A stretch of 46,719 bases of DNA from Candidatus Kapaibacterium sp. (lineage in GTDB: Bacteria; Bacteroidota; Ignavibacteria; Palsa-1295), in the NCBI GenBank assembly GCA_046590195.1, contig JBKJTP010000278.1, forward strand, positions 1-46,719, written 5' to 3'. Below, in pieces: positions 1-7,746 of the stretch. A program made the position numbers and the translations under genes. The notes under the pieces were generated by a model, which saw nothing but the letters and a program-made list of their open reading frames with translations, had not been told where the DNA came from and ran no database searches. Every line of letters starts with the position of its first letter. Within the stretch, counting starts at the first letter, position 1.

Positions 1-1
1 G

Positions 2-1024
2 GGCGGAGTGCTCACCGCGTTAGGCACACTGGGGTACTATGTAGCGTATGCCTACATGATCTGGCAGACGATCGCAGGGCACTTCACGATCGGCGATCTG
101 ACCTTCCTGGCAGGATCATTTCGAAGGCTACGTCAACTGCTTGAAGGCCTGCTCATCGGCTTCTCGCAGACCGCGGGACAAGCGCTCTATCTCGATGATC
201 TCTTCTCGTTCTTTGAGATTGAACCTGAGATCCATTCGCCGGAGAATGCACGTCCCTTTCCAGCGCCGATCAAGCAGGGCTTTACCTTCGTCGATGTCGG
301 CTTTAGGTATCCAGGTGCCGAGCGTTGGGCCGTGCGCCATCTCAACTTCACGCTTCAGGCCGGGGAAGTGCTTGCTCTCGTTGGAGAAAACGGTGCGGGA
401 AAGACGACGCTCGTAAAGCTGCTTGCAAGGCTCTACGATCCGGATGAAGGAGAGATTCTCCTTGACGGCCACGATCTAAAAGACTATGACATCGAAGAAT
501 TGCGCGCAAACATCGGCGTGATCTTTCAAGACTTCGTGCGCTATCACTTGACAGCGGCAGATAATATCGCTGTAGGGCGCATAGAAGCACGCGATGACAC
601 TACTCGCATAGAAGCCGCTGCGAAGCGGAGTCTCGCCGATGAAGTGATAGCGAAACTTCCAGAAGGTTACGATCAGATGATCGGTAAGCGATTCAAAGGT
701 GGGGTCGATCTATCCGGTGGAGAATGGCAAAAAGTAGCGATCGCGCGCGCTTACATGCGCGATGCACAACTGTTGATACTCGATGAGCCGACCGCAGCGC
801 TCGATGCACGCTCCGAGTTCGAGGTCTTTCAGCGCTTCAAAGAGTTGAGCTCGGACAAAACCGCGGTCCTCATATCACATCGGTTCTCGTCAGTGCGAAT
901 GGCGGATAGAATTCTCGTTCTGGCGAACGGTACTGTTGAAGCCTCAGGCACACATGAAGAGCTGCTTGCGCAGAAAGGGAGATACGCGGAGCTATTTGAA
1001 TTGCAGGCCGCGGGCTATCGCTGA
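2..1024 (+). CDS. ABC exporter, ATP-binding C-terminal half (5'-truncated at window edge)
   Basis: The frame is open to the window start. Motifs present: Walker A GENGAGKTT, ABC signature LSGGEWQKVAIARA, Walker B LLILDEPTAALD, H-loop LISHR. The preceding residues look like the end of a fused TM domain (MsbA/ABCB-type layout). Confidence 0.85.
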   Translation, partial: GGVLTALGTLGYYVAYAYMIWQTIAGHFTIGDLTFLAGSFRRLRQLLEGLLIGFSQTAGQALYLDDLFSFFEIEPEIHSPENARPFPAPIKQGFTFVDVGFRYPGAERWAVRHLNFTLQAGEVLALVGENGAGKTTLVKLLARLYDPDEGEILLDGHDLKDYDIEELRANIGVIFQDFVRYHLTAADNIAVGRIEARDDTTRIEAAAKRSLADEVIAKLPEGYDQMIGKRFKGGVDLSGGEWQKVAIARAYMRDAQLLILDEPTAALDARSEFEVFQRFKELSSDKTAVLISHRFSSVRMADRILVLANGTVEASGTHEELLAQKGRYAELFELQAAGYR

Positions 1025-1623
1025 TCGAGGAAAGTGTCACGCATCGCCAGCCACTCCTCGCGAATGATGCTGTACACCGCAGAACTCCTACGGTACCCAT
1101 CACTGAGGTAGAGATGGCTTCTCAGCACGCCTTCGAACTTGCAGCAGATCTTCTCCATTGCACGGCGTGATTGCGCGTTGCGTTCGTCAGTGATGAATTC
1201 GACGCGTTCGTACCCGAGCGTATCGAACGCATACGACAGCATGAGGTGCTTCATGTTACGGTTGAGGCCAGTGCCTTGAAAACCGCGGCCTATCCACGTC
1301 GAGCCGATCTCCAGCCGCTTCTCGCTATCGACGATGGTCATATAACTTGTGCAGCCAGCTAGCTTCGAAGTGCGCTTATCGAAAATCGAGAATGCATAAC
1401 GTTTCTTCTTCTCGCGTTCTGTGATCGCTGTACGAATGTAATCGTCGAGATACGCACGAGTGTGCACCAGCACTGGCGAGTACTGTAGCAACTTCGCATC
1501 ACCATCGCACTGAAGGATCAACTCACTTGCATCACTGAGGTGAAGTGGTTTGAGTAGTACGCGTTCGTTCTCAAGGATGATGTCTTGCTCGAAGGGGAAT
1601 GGCATATCACAATGTTTGCACAA
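1015..1623 (-). CDS. GNAT family N-acetyltransferase (RimJ/RimL-like)
   Basis: 202-aa ORF with an N-terminal ERVLLKPLHLSD pattern and an acetyl-CoA motif-A-like IGRGFQGTGLN. The 3' end overlaps the convergent ABC gene by 10 bp. Met7 (1605) is an alternative start. Confidence 0.7.
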   Translation of the reverse strand: MCKHCDMPFPFEQDIILENERVLLKPLHLSDASELILQCDGDAKLLQYSPVLVHTRAYLDDYIRTAITEREKKKRYAFSIFDKRTSKLAGCTSYMTIVDSEKRLEIGSTWIGRGFQGTGLNRNMKHLMLSYAFDTLGYERVEFITDERNAQSRRAMEKICCKFEGVLRSHLYLSDGYRRSSAVYSIIREEWLAMRDTFLDQR

Positions 1624-1674
1624 ACCTACGGCTCAACCATCAGTGCGTTTCAGTTGCGCAACTACTTTAAAACA

Positions 1675-1700
1675 TAAGACCCGGCATTCGCCGGGTCTTA
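1675..1700 (-). terminator. Rho-independent terminator downstream of the HMA-domain gene
   Basis: Perfect inverted repeat TAAGACCCGGC-attc-GCCGGGTCTTA. On the minus strand it is followed by TGTTTT. Confidence 0.7.
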
Positions 1701-1719
1701 GAGTCTTGTCAGAAGCGGT

Positions 1720-2133
1720 TTAGTTACCGCTCGTCGCCTTCTTCACTTGCTTCTTTGCTGGAGCAGCAGGCTCAACAGGCTTATGCGCACCGGGCTTGCA
1801 GCAACCATGAAGGTTGTTCTGGGCGTCAGCGTCTGCTGCGAGTTCTGCAGTATCGTAGCCGGTCATCGAGATCATCCTCACAACCTCGGCACGTGTCGCC
1901 TTTGCGTTGTCGTAGCTCACTACAACGATCGAATGCTCTACATCGGCCTCGACCGCACTGATGAAGTCGGCCTTCTTGAGCGACTTCTCAATACGTGACT
2001 CGCACATACCGCACTGCATCGATGTGACATTGATGGTGTCGGTTACGACCGCAGCGCTGGATGTTGATGGTGCTAGGGCTACCATCACTAAGGCAAACAG
2101 AGAGGCAAAAAGGGTTTTCATAATTGTCTTCAA
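1720..2133 (-). CDS. Secreted heavy-metal-associated (HMA) domain protein
   Basis: Signal peptide MKTIMKTLFASLFALVMVALAPSTSSA. HMA metal loop SMQCGMCESRIEK (CxxC). Additional C-terminal HGCCKPGAH motif and a Lys/Pro/Ala tail. Confidence 0.75.
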   Translation of the reverse strand: MKTIMKTLFASLFALVMVALAPSTSSAAVVTDTINVTSMQCGMCESRIEKSLKKADFISAVEADVEHSIVVVSYDNAKATRAEVVRMISMTGYDTAELAADADAQNNLHGCCKPGAHKPVEPAAPAKKQVKKATSGN

Positions 2134-2171
2134 AATTCTTGGCTTGCCGGCTAAGGCCAGCGCTACAATGA

Positions 2172-4280
2172 TTAGTACTTCAAAAGCTTCTCGATGCCCT
2201 GGCGGATGTTGTCGACTGTTGGTACGACGTAGTCCATGAGCGTGGTGTTGTACGGTACTGGACAGTCGAATGTTGCAATGCGTTCGACCGGTGCGTCCAG
2301 AAAGCTAAAAGCCTCTTTTGCGATGATCGCTGCGATCTCCGCGCCCATTCCGCACGTCCAGTTGTCCTCATGAAGTACGATGACACGATTGGTCTTACGG
2401 ACCGACGCGAGCACAGCCTCTTTATCCCACGGCATGATCGTACGGAGATCGATGATCTCGACGCCATCTAAGCCTTGCGAAGCCTGCTTTGCACGATCTA
2501 CCATCGCGCCCCATGTCACGATCGTAAGAGCAGAGCCTTCCTGAACGGTCTTCGCTTTGCCGAATGGCAGCATGAAGTTATCGCCTGGATAATTCGTGCG
2601 AGCTTGTGGCGTATCGAGCAATGCACGGTGCTCGAAGAAGAATGTCGGATCATCGCCGCGAAGTGCTGTGCGAAGCAATCCTACAGCATCCTCGGTCGTC
2701 GAAGGATAAGCAATGCGCCAACCGATCGTGTGTGCAAAGAATGCTTCGCCGGATACTGAATGCCATGGATCACCCGTCTTCTTACCAAAGCCGACTGGTA
2801 TGCGGACGACCATCGGTGCGGTAAATTTCGAGAGTGATCTCCATCTCATCGTACCGCAATCATTGATCTGCTCGGTCGCAGGATCAGCATACTTACGAAA
2901 TTGAATTTCGGGTACTGGCTTGAGTCCCGCGATCGCCATACCTACCGCACGTCCGATGATACCCTCTTCAGAAAGCGATGTATCGAAGACTCGGTTGATG
3001 CCATACTTGATCTGCAGATCTACCGTTGCGCCATGCACGCCACCCTTGACACCAACGTCCTCACCAAAAATGAGCAGCTTCTTGTTTGCTTCAAGCTCCG
3101 TCTCGAGCGTCTTGCGAACGGCATCCTGCATGTTCATTCGCGGACCTTGCTCGATCGTCGCCGAAACCTGATCAGCTTTTTCGCTAAAGACGTGACGAGT
3201 GATCTCTGCAGTGTTGCCATGCGTTTGTGCAAGCGCCCTGTCAGCAGCCTGACGAACTGCATTGTCGCATTCCTCAACAAGCGCATTCCACTCGGCTTCT
3301 GTCATGACGCTCTTCGTCATGAAGTCCTTCAGCTTTGGTAATGGATCGCAAGCTTCTTCTTCGGCTCGAAGTTCTGGTGCCTTGTACGACTGCGTGTCAA
3401 CGAAGCTATGTCCACACAAACGCGGTACATTCACGCGGATGAGTGCCGGACCCTGCCATGTACGCACATAGTCAACAGCTTCCGCGATCGTTGCGCTCGC
3501 ATCTTTTGGCTCGTAACCCTTGCACTCGTAAATGCGAAGATTGTTGAACGCCGCGAGATTCGCTGCGATGTTCGCGCCCGGGGTTTGGTAAGTCGATGGT
3601 ACGCTGATACCGAAACCGTTATCTTCGATGAAGAAGAGCATCGGCAGGTCCTGTGTCGTTGCGATGTTGAGTGCTGCCCAGAATCCATTCGCTGCAGTCG
3701 AGCCATCGCCACCTAGCGCGACAGCGATCGCGCCGCGCCACGACTCATCCTTCAATTCATCGGCATAATACTTTACAGCCTGTGCCCAGCCACTGCCAGG
3801 GGAGTACTGTGCGCCAACGTCGCCCGAAGCGGGCAACACCGTGCCGCGTGTGCGTGGCTGGAGCATGTGAACGACGCCGATATCTCGGCCGCCAGTCATG
3901 CTGCCCTCACGAGCGAGCGAACCAGCGAAAGCCTCTTCCGCGGTCATCCCCTGTCCGAGAACGAACGGACGCGAGCGGTAATACACCGTACCTGCGTCAT
4001 GCGGGTGGTTCACGAGCTCGGAGAGGATCGCCTGTGCGAGATCGTGTCCACGAGCGGAGAACTGGTAGGTGACCAGGCCTTTCGGGACCATCTCGGCCTC
4101 CTCGATCTTGTCGATCGCGCGGGAGGTCAGGACCGTTCGGGCTACACCCTTCCAATCGAGGCTCGAACCGGAGCCGGAATTGCCATTCTTCATCTGCTTA
4201 AGATCTGAGACGGATGTGGTGAGCTGATTGACCGTCTTGGCGGTGCCATTCTGCATTGAGCGAGACTTCTTCGAGGACAT
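2172..4280 (-). CDS. Fused alpha/beta E1 component of a TPP-dependent 2-oxoacid dehydrogenase
   Basis: 702-aa ORF. The N-terminal half carries an E1-alpha TPP-binding region (ALGGDGSTAANGFWAALN...FFIEDNGFGISV). The C-terminal half is E1-beta/transketolase-like (LIFGEDVGVKGGVHGAT...RVFDTSLSEEGIIG). Confidence 0.8.
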   Translation of the reverse strand: MSSKKSRSMQNGTAKTVNQLTTSVSDLKQMKNGNSGSGSSLDWKGVARTVLTSRAIDKIEEAEMVPKGLVTYQFSARGHDLAQAILSELVNHPHDAGTVYYRSRPFVLGQGMTAEEAFAGSLAREGSMTGGRDIGVVHMLQPRTRGTVLPASGDVGAQYSPGSGWAQAVKYYADELKDESWRGAIAVALGGDGSTAANGFWAALNIATTQDLPMLFFIEDNGFGISVPSTYQTPGANIAANLAAFNNLRIYECKGYEPKDASATIAEAVDYVRTWQGPALIRVNVPRLCGHSFVDTQSYKAPELRAEEEACDPLPKLKDFMTKSVMTEAEWNALVEECDNAVRQAADRALAQTHGNTAEITRHVFSEKADQVSATIEQGPRMNMQDAVRKTLETELEANKKLLIFGEDVGVKGGVHGATVDLQIKYGINRVFDTSLSEEGIIGRAVGMAIAGLKPVPEIQFRKYADPATEQINDCGTMRWRSLSKFTAPMVVRIPVGFGKKTGDPWHSVSGEAFFAHTIGWRIAYPSTTEDAVGLLRTALRGDDPTFFFEHRALLDTPQARTNYPGDNFMLPFGKAKTVQEGSALTIVTWGAMVDRAKQASQGLDGVEIIDLRTIMPWDKEAVLASVRKTNRVIVLHEDNWTCGMGAEIAAIIAKEAFSFLDAPVERIATFDCPVPYNTTLMDYVVPTVDNIRQGIEKLLKY

Positions 4281-4431
4281 GATCTTGGGCTACGGGCCGT
4301 CTGACCGGCTGACAAAAAGGGGGTGATTGCCCGGCGTCAACAGCGCGCAAAACGGAATCTATCCGAGCCCGCACTTTGCGGTGGGCAAGGCCTATTTAGG
4401 CCACCCAACGTCTTGCCCCGCCCCAGGGCTT

Positions 4432-4460
4432 CTTAACACCAACTTAACATTGGGATAACA
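4432..4460 (+). promoter_or_regulatory. Candidate Pho-box array upstream of pstS1 (three 7-bp direct repeats at 11-bp phase)
   Basis: CTTAACA-ccaa-CTTAACA-ttgg-GATAACA. TAAC cores start at 4434, 4445 and 4456. A degenerate fourth unit CTTGGTA lies at 4465. The last core is 79 bp upstream of the ATG at 4535. Confidence 0.55.
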
Positions 4461-4534
4461 CTATCTTGGTATTTTTAGATGTTAGGTTGTCTCAAGACCA
4501 TACCTTCGATTCCGATCAATCTTTCATACGTTCT

Positions 4535-5407
4535 ATGAATAAGTCTCTCCAACTTTTAGCTATTCTTTCTCTAACGGCCCTGATCGCTGCATGCGGTGGC
4601 GGAGGCGACAAAACTGGCGACGCCGACACTGCCGTAACCAAGGAGAGCGTCATTACGGTGAAGGGCTCCGACACGATGGTCCAGCTTGCGCAGCGTTGGG
4701 CAGAGCAATACATGAAGTCGAAGTCGAGCACGCAGGTGCAGGTCACCGGCGGCGGATCGGGCACAGGTCTCAGCGCGCTCATCAACGGCACAACAGATAT
4801 TTGCGCATCGAGCCGTCCGATGAAGGATTCGGAAAAGCAGCAGCTTACTGCGAAGTATCAGTCCGCTGGTGTTGAAGTAAAAGTCGCCCGCGACGGACTC
4901 ACCGTGTACTTGAACAGCGAGAATCCTGTTAAGGAGTTGACGCTAGGTCAGGTCAAGGACATCTACACGAAGAAGATCACGAATTGGAAGCAGGTCGGCG
5001 GACGGAACGAAGGCATCGTGCTCTATGGCCGTGAAAATTCATCAGGCACCTATGAGTTCTTCAAGGAGCATGTACTCAACAAGGAAGACTTCGCGAACGA
5101 GATGCAGGCGTTGCCGGGAACCGCTGCAGTAGTCAATGCAGTCAAGAGCGACAAGAAGGGCATCGGTTTTGGTGGCGTTGGTTACTCAAAGGGATTGAAG
5201 GAAGCCGCAATCAAGTCCGAGTCGGGCGAGTCATTCCTTCCAACAAAGGAGAACATTCTCAACGGTAAGTATCCGATCTCTCGCTATCTCTATCTCTATC
5301 TCCGCAAGACTCCAGAGGGTGAAGTAAAGAACTTCCTCGACTTTGTTCTTTCCGCTGATGGACAGAAGATCGTCGCAGATGAAGGCTTCTTCCCGGCGCG
5401 CGACTAA
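4535..5407 (+). CDS. pstS: Phosphate ABC transporter substrate-binding lipoprotein PstS (paralogue 1)
   Basis: The ATG at 4535 gives a lipoprotein signal MNKSLQLLAILSLTALIAAC (lipobox). Motifs VKGSDTMVQLAQRWAE, GGGSGTG, SSRPMK and GRENSSGTY fit the PstS-type periplasmic binding protein fold. The ORF-track start at 4466 is an upstream TTG and is less likely. Confidence 0.85.
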   Translation: MNKSLQLLAILSLTALIAACGGGGDKTGDADTAVTKESVITVKGSDTMVQLAQRWAEQYMKSKSSTQVQVTGGGSGTGLSALINGTTDICASSRPMKDSEKQQLTAKYQSAGVEVKVARDGLTVYLNSENPVKELTLGQVKDIYTKKITNWKQVGGRNEGIVLYGRENSSGTYEFFKEHVLNKEDFANEMQALPGTAAVVNAVKSDKKGIGFGGVGYSKGLKEAAIKSESGESFLPTKENILNGKYPISRYLYLYLRKTPEGEVKNFLDFVLSADGQKIVADEGFFPARD

Positions 5408-5428
5408 TACCAAGATCTCACTGTTCCG

Positions 5429-5457
5429 AAAGCCTCTCCATCAGGAGAGGCTTTTTT
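5429..5457 (+). terminator. Rho-independent terminator after pstS1
   Basis: AAAGCCTCTCC-atca-GGAGAGGCTTT followed by a T-run. Confidence 0.85.
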
Positions 5458-5463
5458 ATTTCT

Positions 5464-5886
5464 ATGCTACGATCGATCCTTCTTTGCTCATTACTTCTGG
5501 TTGCAGCGGGGTGCAGCACAATATATAAATATCAGTTAGTGGCTCCATCCGAGGCGAAGGGGATACATCCTGATAGCCTTAAGTGGAGCTACTCGAACGG
5601 CTTGATCACTGAGATAGCTGTTCGCAACGATAACGATGAGGTTCTTCGACTTCCCGTCGACCAAAGAACGCTCCTCTATATCTCTACGACTGCGAGAGAA
5701 GAGCATCATTTCCGTATGCAGTCGATCGTGATCGATGATAAGGGCGATGGCCTTCTGGGCTCGACAACAAGCTGGCGCGGGTACGACACCCGGCAGGGGG
5801 CAGAGCGGACTGTAGCGCTCAGAGAAGTAGCAGAAGTGAAGATATGGTCTCGATTCCCAGCCAGCCGACGCATATTACCCCGGTAA
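5464..5886 (+). CDS. Small predicted lipoprotein of unknown function
   Basis: 140-aa ORF with signal plus lipobox MLRSILLCSLLLVAAGC. No motif I recognise. It starts only 6 nt after the pstS1 terminator T-tail, so expression and reality are uncertain. Confidence 0.5.
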   Translation: MLRSILLCSLLLVAAGCSTIYKYQLVAPSEAKGIHPDSLKWSYSNGLITEIAVRNDNDEVLRLPVDQRTLLYISTTAREEHHFRMQSIVIDDKGDGLLGSTTSWRGYDTRQGAERTVALREVAEVKIWSRFPASRRILPR

Positions 5887-5933
5887 TAGGGAATGATGAC
5901 CAAATCAACGCGTCTGTGCTAATATAATGTTTT

Positions 5934-5962
5934 GGTAATATACGGCTAACACTAAAGTAACG
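5934..5962 (+). promoter_or_regulatory. Candidate Pho-box array upstream of the porin gene
   Basis: GGTAATA-tacg-GCTAACA-ctaa-AGTAACG. TAAY cores start at 5936, 5947 and 5958 (exact 11-bp phase). The last core is 68 bp upstream of the ATG at 6026. Confidence 0.5.
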
Positions 5963-6025
5963 CAGCGTCCGTAATTTTGCAGTCGAGAGCACACAGAGTG
6001 CCTCGTTTACTGTAAAGATTATCTT

Positions 6026-7567
6026 ATGACGACTCGCATTTGTGTGGTTCTTTTCGCCTTGATGGCGACGCTTGTTGCCGCCCCCTCCTTCGCACAGGAA
6101 GGTGATGATCCAGCCACAGTGGCTGGGAAGGTTGACGGATTGATCGAACGTACCGCAACGCTCGAGAGCACGGTTGACAAACTCAGCAAACTGAAGATCT
6201 CTGGTTACATCCAGCCACAATGGGTCTGGGGCGATGTCGATTCTCTCGGCAATCAGTATGCAAATCGTAACTACTTCACGATCCGTCGCGGACGCATCAA
6301 ATTCCAGCACTCAACCGGTGATGTAACCTACGTCCTCTACCCTGACGTCACCGAGCGTGGTGTTGAGATCAAGGAGGTTTGGGCAAGCTGGCAGATGATC
6401 CCAGAACTCTCCATGACGCTCGGCGCGATGAACCGTCCGTTTGGCTATGAGATCGGATACTCATCAAGCTCACGCGAGATCGCAGAGCGTTCGATCGCTG
6501 AGCAGCGCTTGTTCAACGGCGAGCGCGATCTCGGTCTGCAGTTCGGCATCACGCCGATGATCATGGAAGGCTTTACTCCAACGATCGAGATGGGCTTGTT
6601 CAATGGCTCCGACAATTTCGGGCAAGGCCCAGTCAGCGCAGTGCCAGGTTCGAACAGACTTGGATTCTCTCTCGCACAGTTTGTAGGCAATCGCGCAGCG
6701 ATCACGCCGAGCGGAGCTGATTCAGTTTTGCAGGTCAATATCAATAAAGGTTTGACCGGCGACCTTGGATTTTCAACAGGCAGTTCTGACGCTGGATACA
6801 AAGTGAATCAAAAGGAATTCCTCGGACATCTTCGCTTACCCTTCCTAATAAGCGACGAGTTCAGCTTTGACATCGGCGGCTCGTGGTCGATCGGCGGCAT
6901 CGCAGAGCCATCAGACATTATCGGAGAATACACTGGTACGAACGGCGCGCTGGAGCTCAAGAGGACCGGCACGCAATCCGATGCATCGATCACTCGAGGC
7001 GATACACGAAGCGGCCTTTTCTTCAGCAATCGCACGGTCTTCGGCGCCGATGCACAATTCTATCTGAGCGTGCTGCCGATCGGTGGTACCATCCTCAAGA
7101 CAGAAATGTACACTGGCCAGGTGCCATTCTATGGATCGTCCGCACTGTTCACCGCTGCGGATACAGCAGCACTAGGTTCACCACGCACATCAACCGTGAT
7201 CCGCAATGTCTTCGGGTTTTATGCGATGCTCGTGCAGAACATGTTCGACGATTACCAGATCGCCGTACGCTACGATTCGTACGACCCGAATACAGCGGTT
7301 ACGGGTACCGACTTCGCATTCCAAAACGGCACGTCGGTTTCAAGATTGCGCGGCATTGAATCGAATCCAAGCACCGGCTTTGCAGGAAGTCTTGCGATCT
7401 CAACGATCTCCGTTGCCTTCAATGCCTATGTTTCGGGCAACATTCGTATGATGCTGAACTACGATCATCCGATCACGGAAGACTTCACCCGCAATAATGG
7501 CGGCCTGCAAACTGTATCTGATGCGAACGATGACAGGTTCACCGCGCGCATGCAGTACAAGTTCTAG
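6026..7567 (+). CDS. Outer-membrane porin, probably phosphate-selective OprO/OprP-like
   Basis: Signal peptide ending AAPSFAQEG. N-terminal coiled-coil-like segment VDGLIERTATLESTVDKLSKL, then a long beta-strand-like sequence. The C-terminal ...RMQYKF aromatic terminus is typical of OM beta-barrels. The gene is embedded in the pst locus. Confidence 0.7.
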   Translation: MTTRICVVLFALMATLVAAPSFAQEGDDPATVAGKVDGLIERTATLESTVDKLSKLKISGYIQPQWVWGDVDSLGNQYANRNYFTIRRGRIKFQHSTGDVTYVLYPDVTERGVEIKEVWASWQMIPELSMTLGAMNRPFGYEIGYSSSSREIAERSIAEQRLFNGERDLGLQFGITPMIMEGFTPTIEMGLFNGSDNFGQGPVSAVPGSNRLGFSLAQFVGNRAAITPSGADSVLQVNINKGLTGDLGFSTGSSDAGYKVNQKEFLGHLRLPFLISDEFSFDIGGSWSIGGIAEPSDIIGEYTGTNGALELKRTGTQSDASITRGDTRSGLFFSNRTVFGADAQFYLSVLPIGGTILKTEMYTGQVPFYGSSALFTAADTAALGSPRTSTVIRNVFGFYAMLVQNMFDDYQIAVRYDSYDPNTAVTGTDFAFQNGTSVSRLRGIESNPSTGFAGSLAISTISVAFNAYVSGNIRMMLNYDHPITEDFTRNNGGLQTVSDANDDRFTARMQYKF

Positions 7568-7587
7568 GGATAGGACAAACGCGAAAC

Positions 7588-7615
7588 GAGAAGGAGGCCG
7601 TAAGCCTCCTTCTTC
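7588..7615 (+). terminator. Rho-independent terminator after the porin gene
   Basis: GAGAAGGAGGC-cgtaa-GCCTCCTTCTTC followed by ATTT. Confidence 0.8.
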
Positions 7616-7631
7616 ATTTAGGAGAGGTTAA

Positions 7632-7671
7632 GGTAATGATTTGGTAATCTACTTTTAACTCTCTCATAACC
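7632..7671 (+). promoter_or_regulatory. Candidate Pho-box array upstream of pstS2 (four units)
   Basis: GGTAATG-attt-GGTAATC-tact-TTTAACT-ctct-CATAACC. TAAY cores start at 7634, 7645, 7656 and 7667 (exact 11-bp phase). The last core is 80 bp upstream of the ATG at 7747. Confidence 0.55.
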
Positions 7672-7746
7672 ACGGAATTAGTGACTTTGTGTTAGGCTGG
7701 ACAGATCGAGTGATGGTCCGTCTCGAAATTTACTATAATCAAGAAG

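Noticed and set aside
4383-4418. Nested inverted repeats GGGCAA-GGCCTA-tt-TAGGCC-(10 nt)-TTGCCC in the divergent region between the E1 gene and pstS1.
   Set aside because: The structure is real, but I cannot assign it a role. It has no U-tail on either strand, and it sits upstream of both divergent genes, so it is not a terminator. It could be part of the E1 leader or an operator, and the evidence is insufficient for a call.
5284-5301. Tandem hexamer (CTATCT)x3 inside pstS1, considered as a possible phase-variable SSR.
   Set aside because: The unit length is a multiple of 3, so slippage would stay in frame. It encodes the conserved YLYLYL motif, which pstS2 encodes as FLYFYL with different codons. 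There are only three copies.
5819-6310. 163-aa minus-strand ORF spanning the porin promoter region.
   Set aside because: It overlaps the porin 5' end, the lipoprotein 3' end and the Pho-box array, and no motif supports it.
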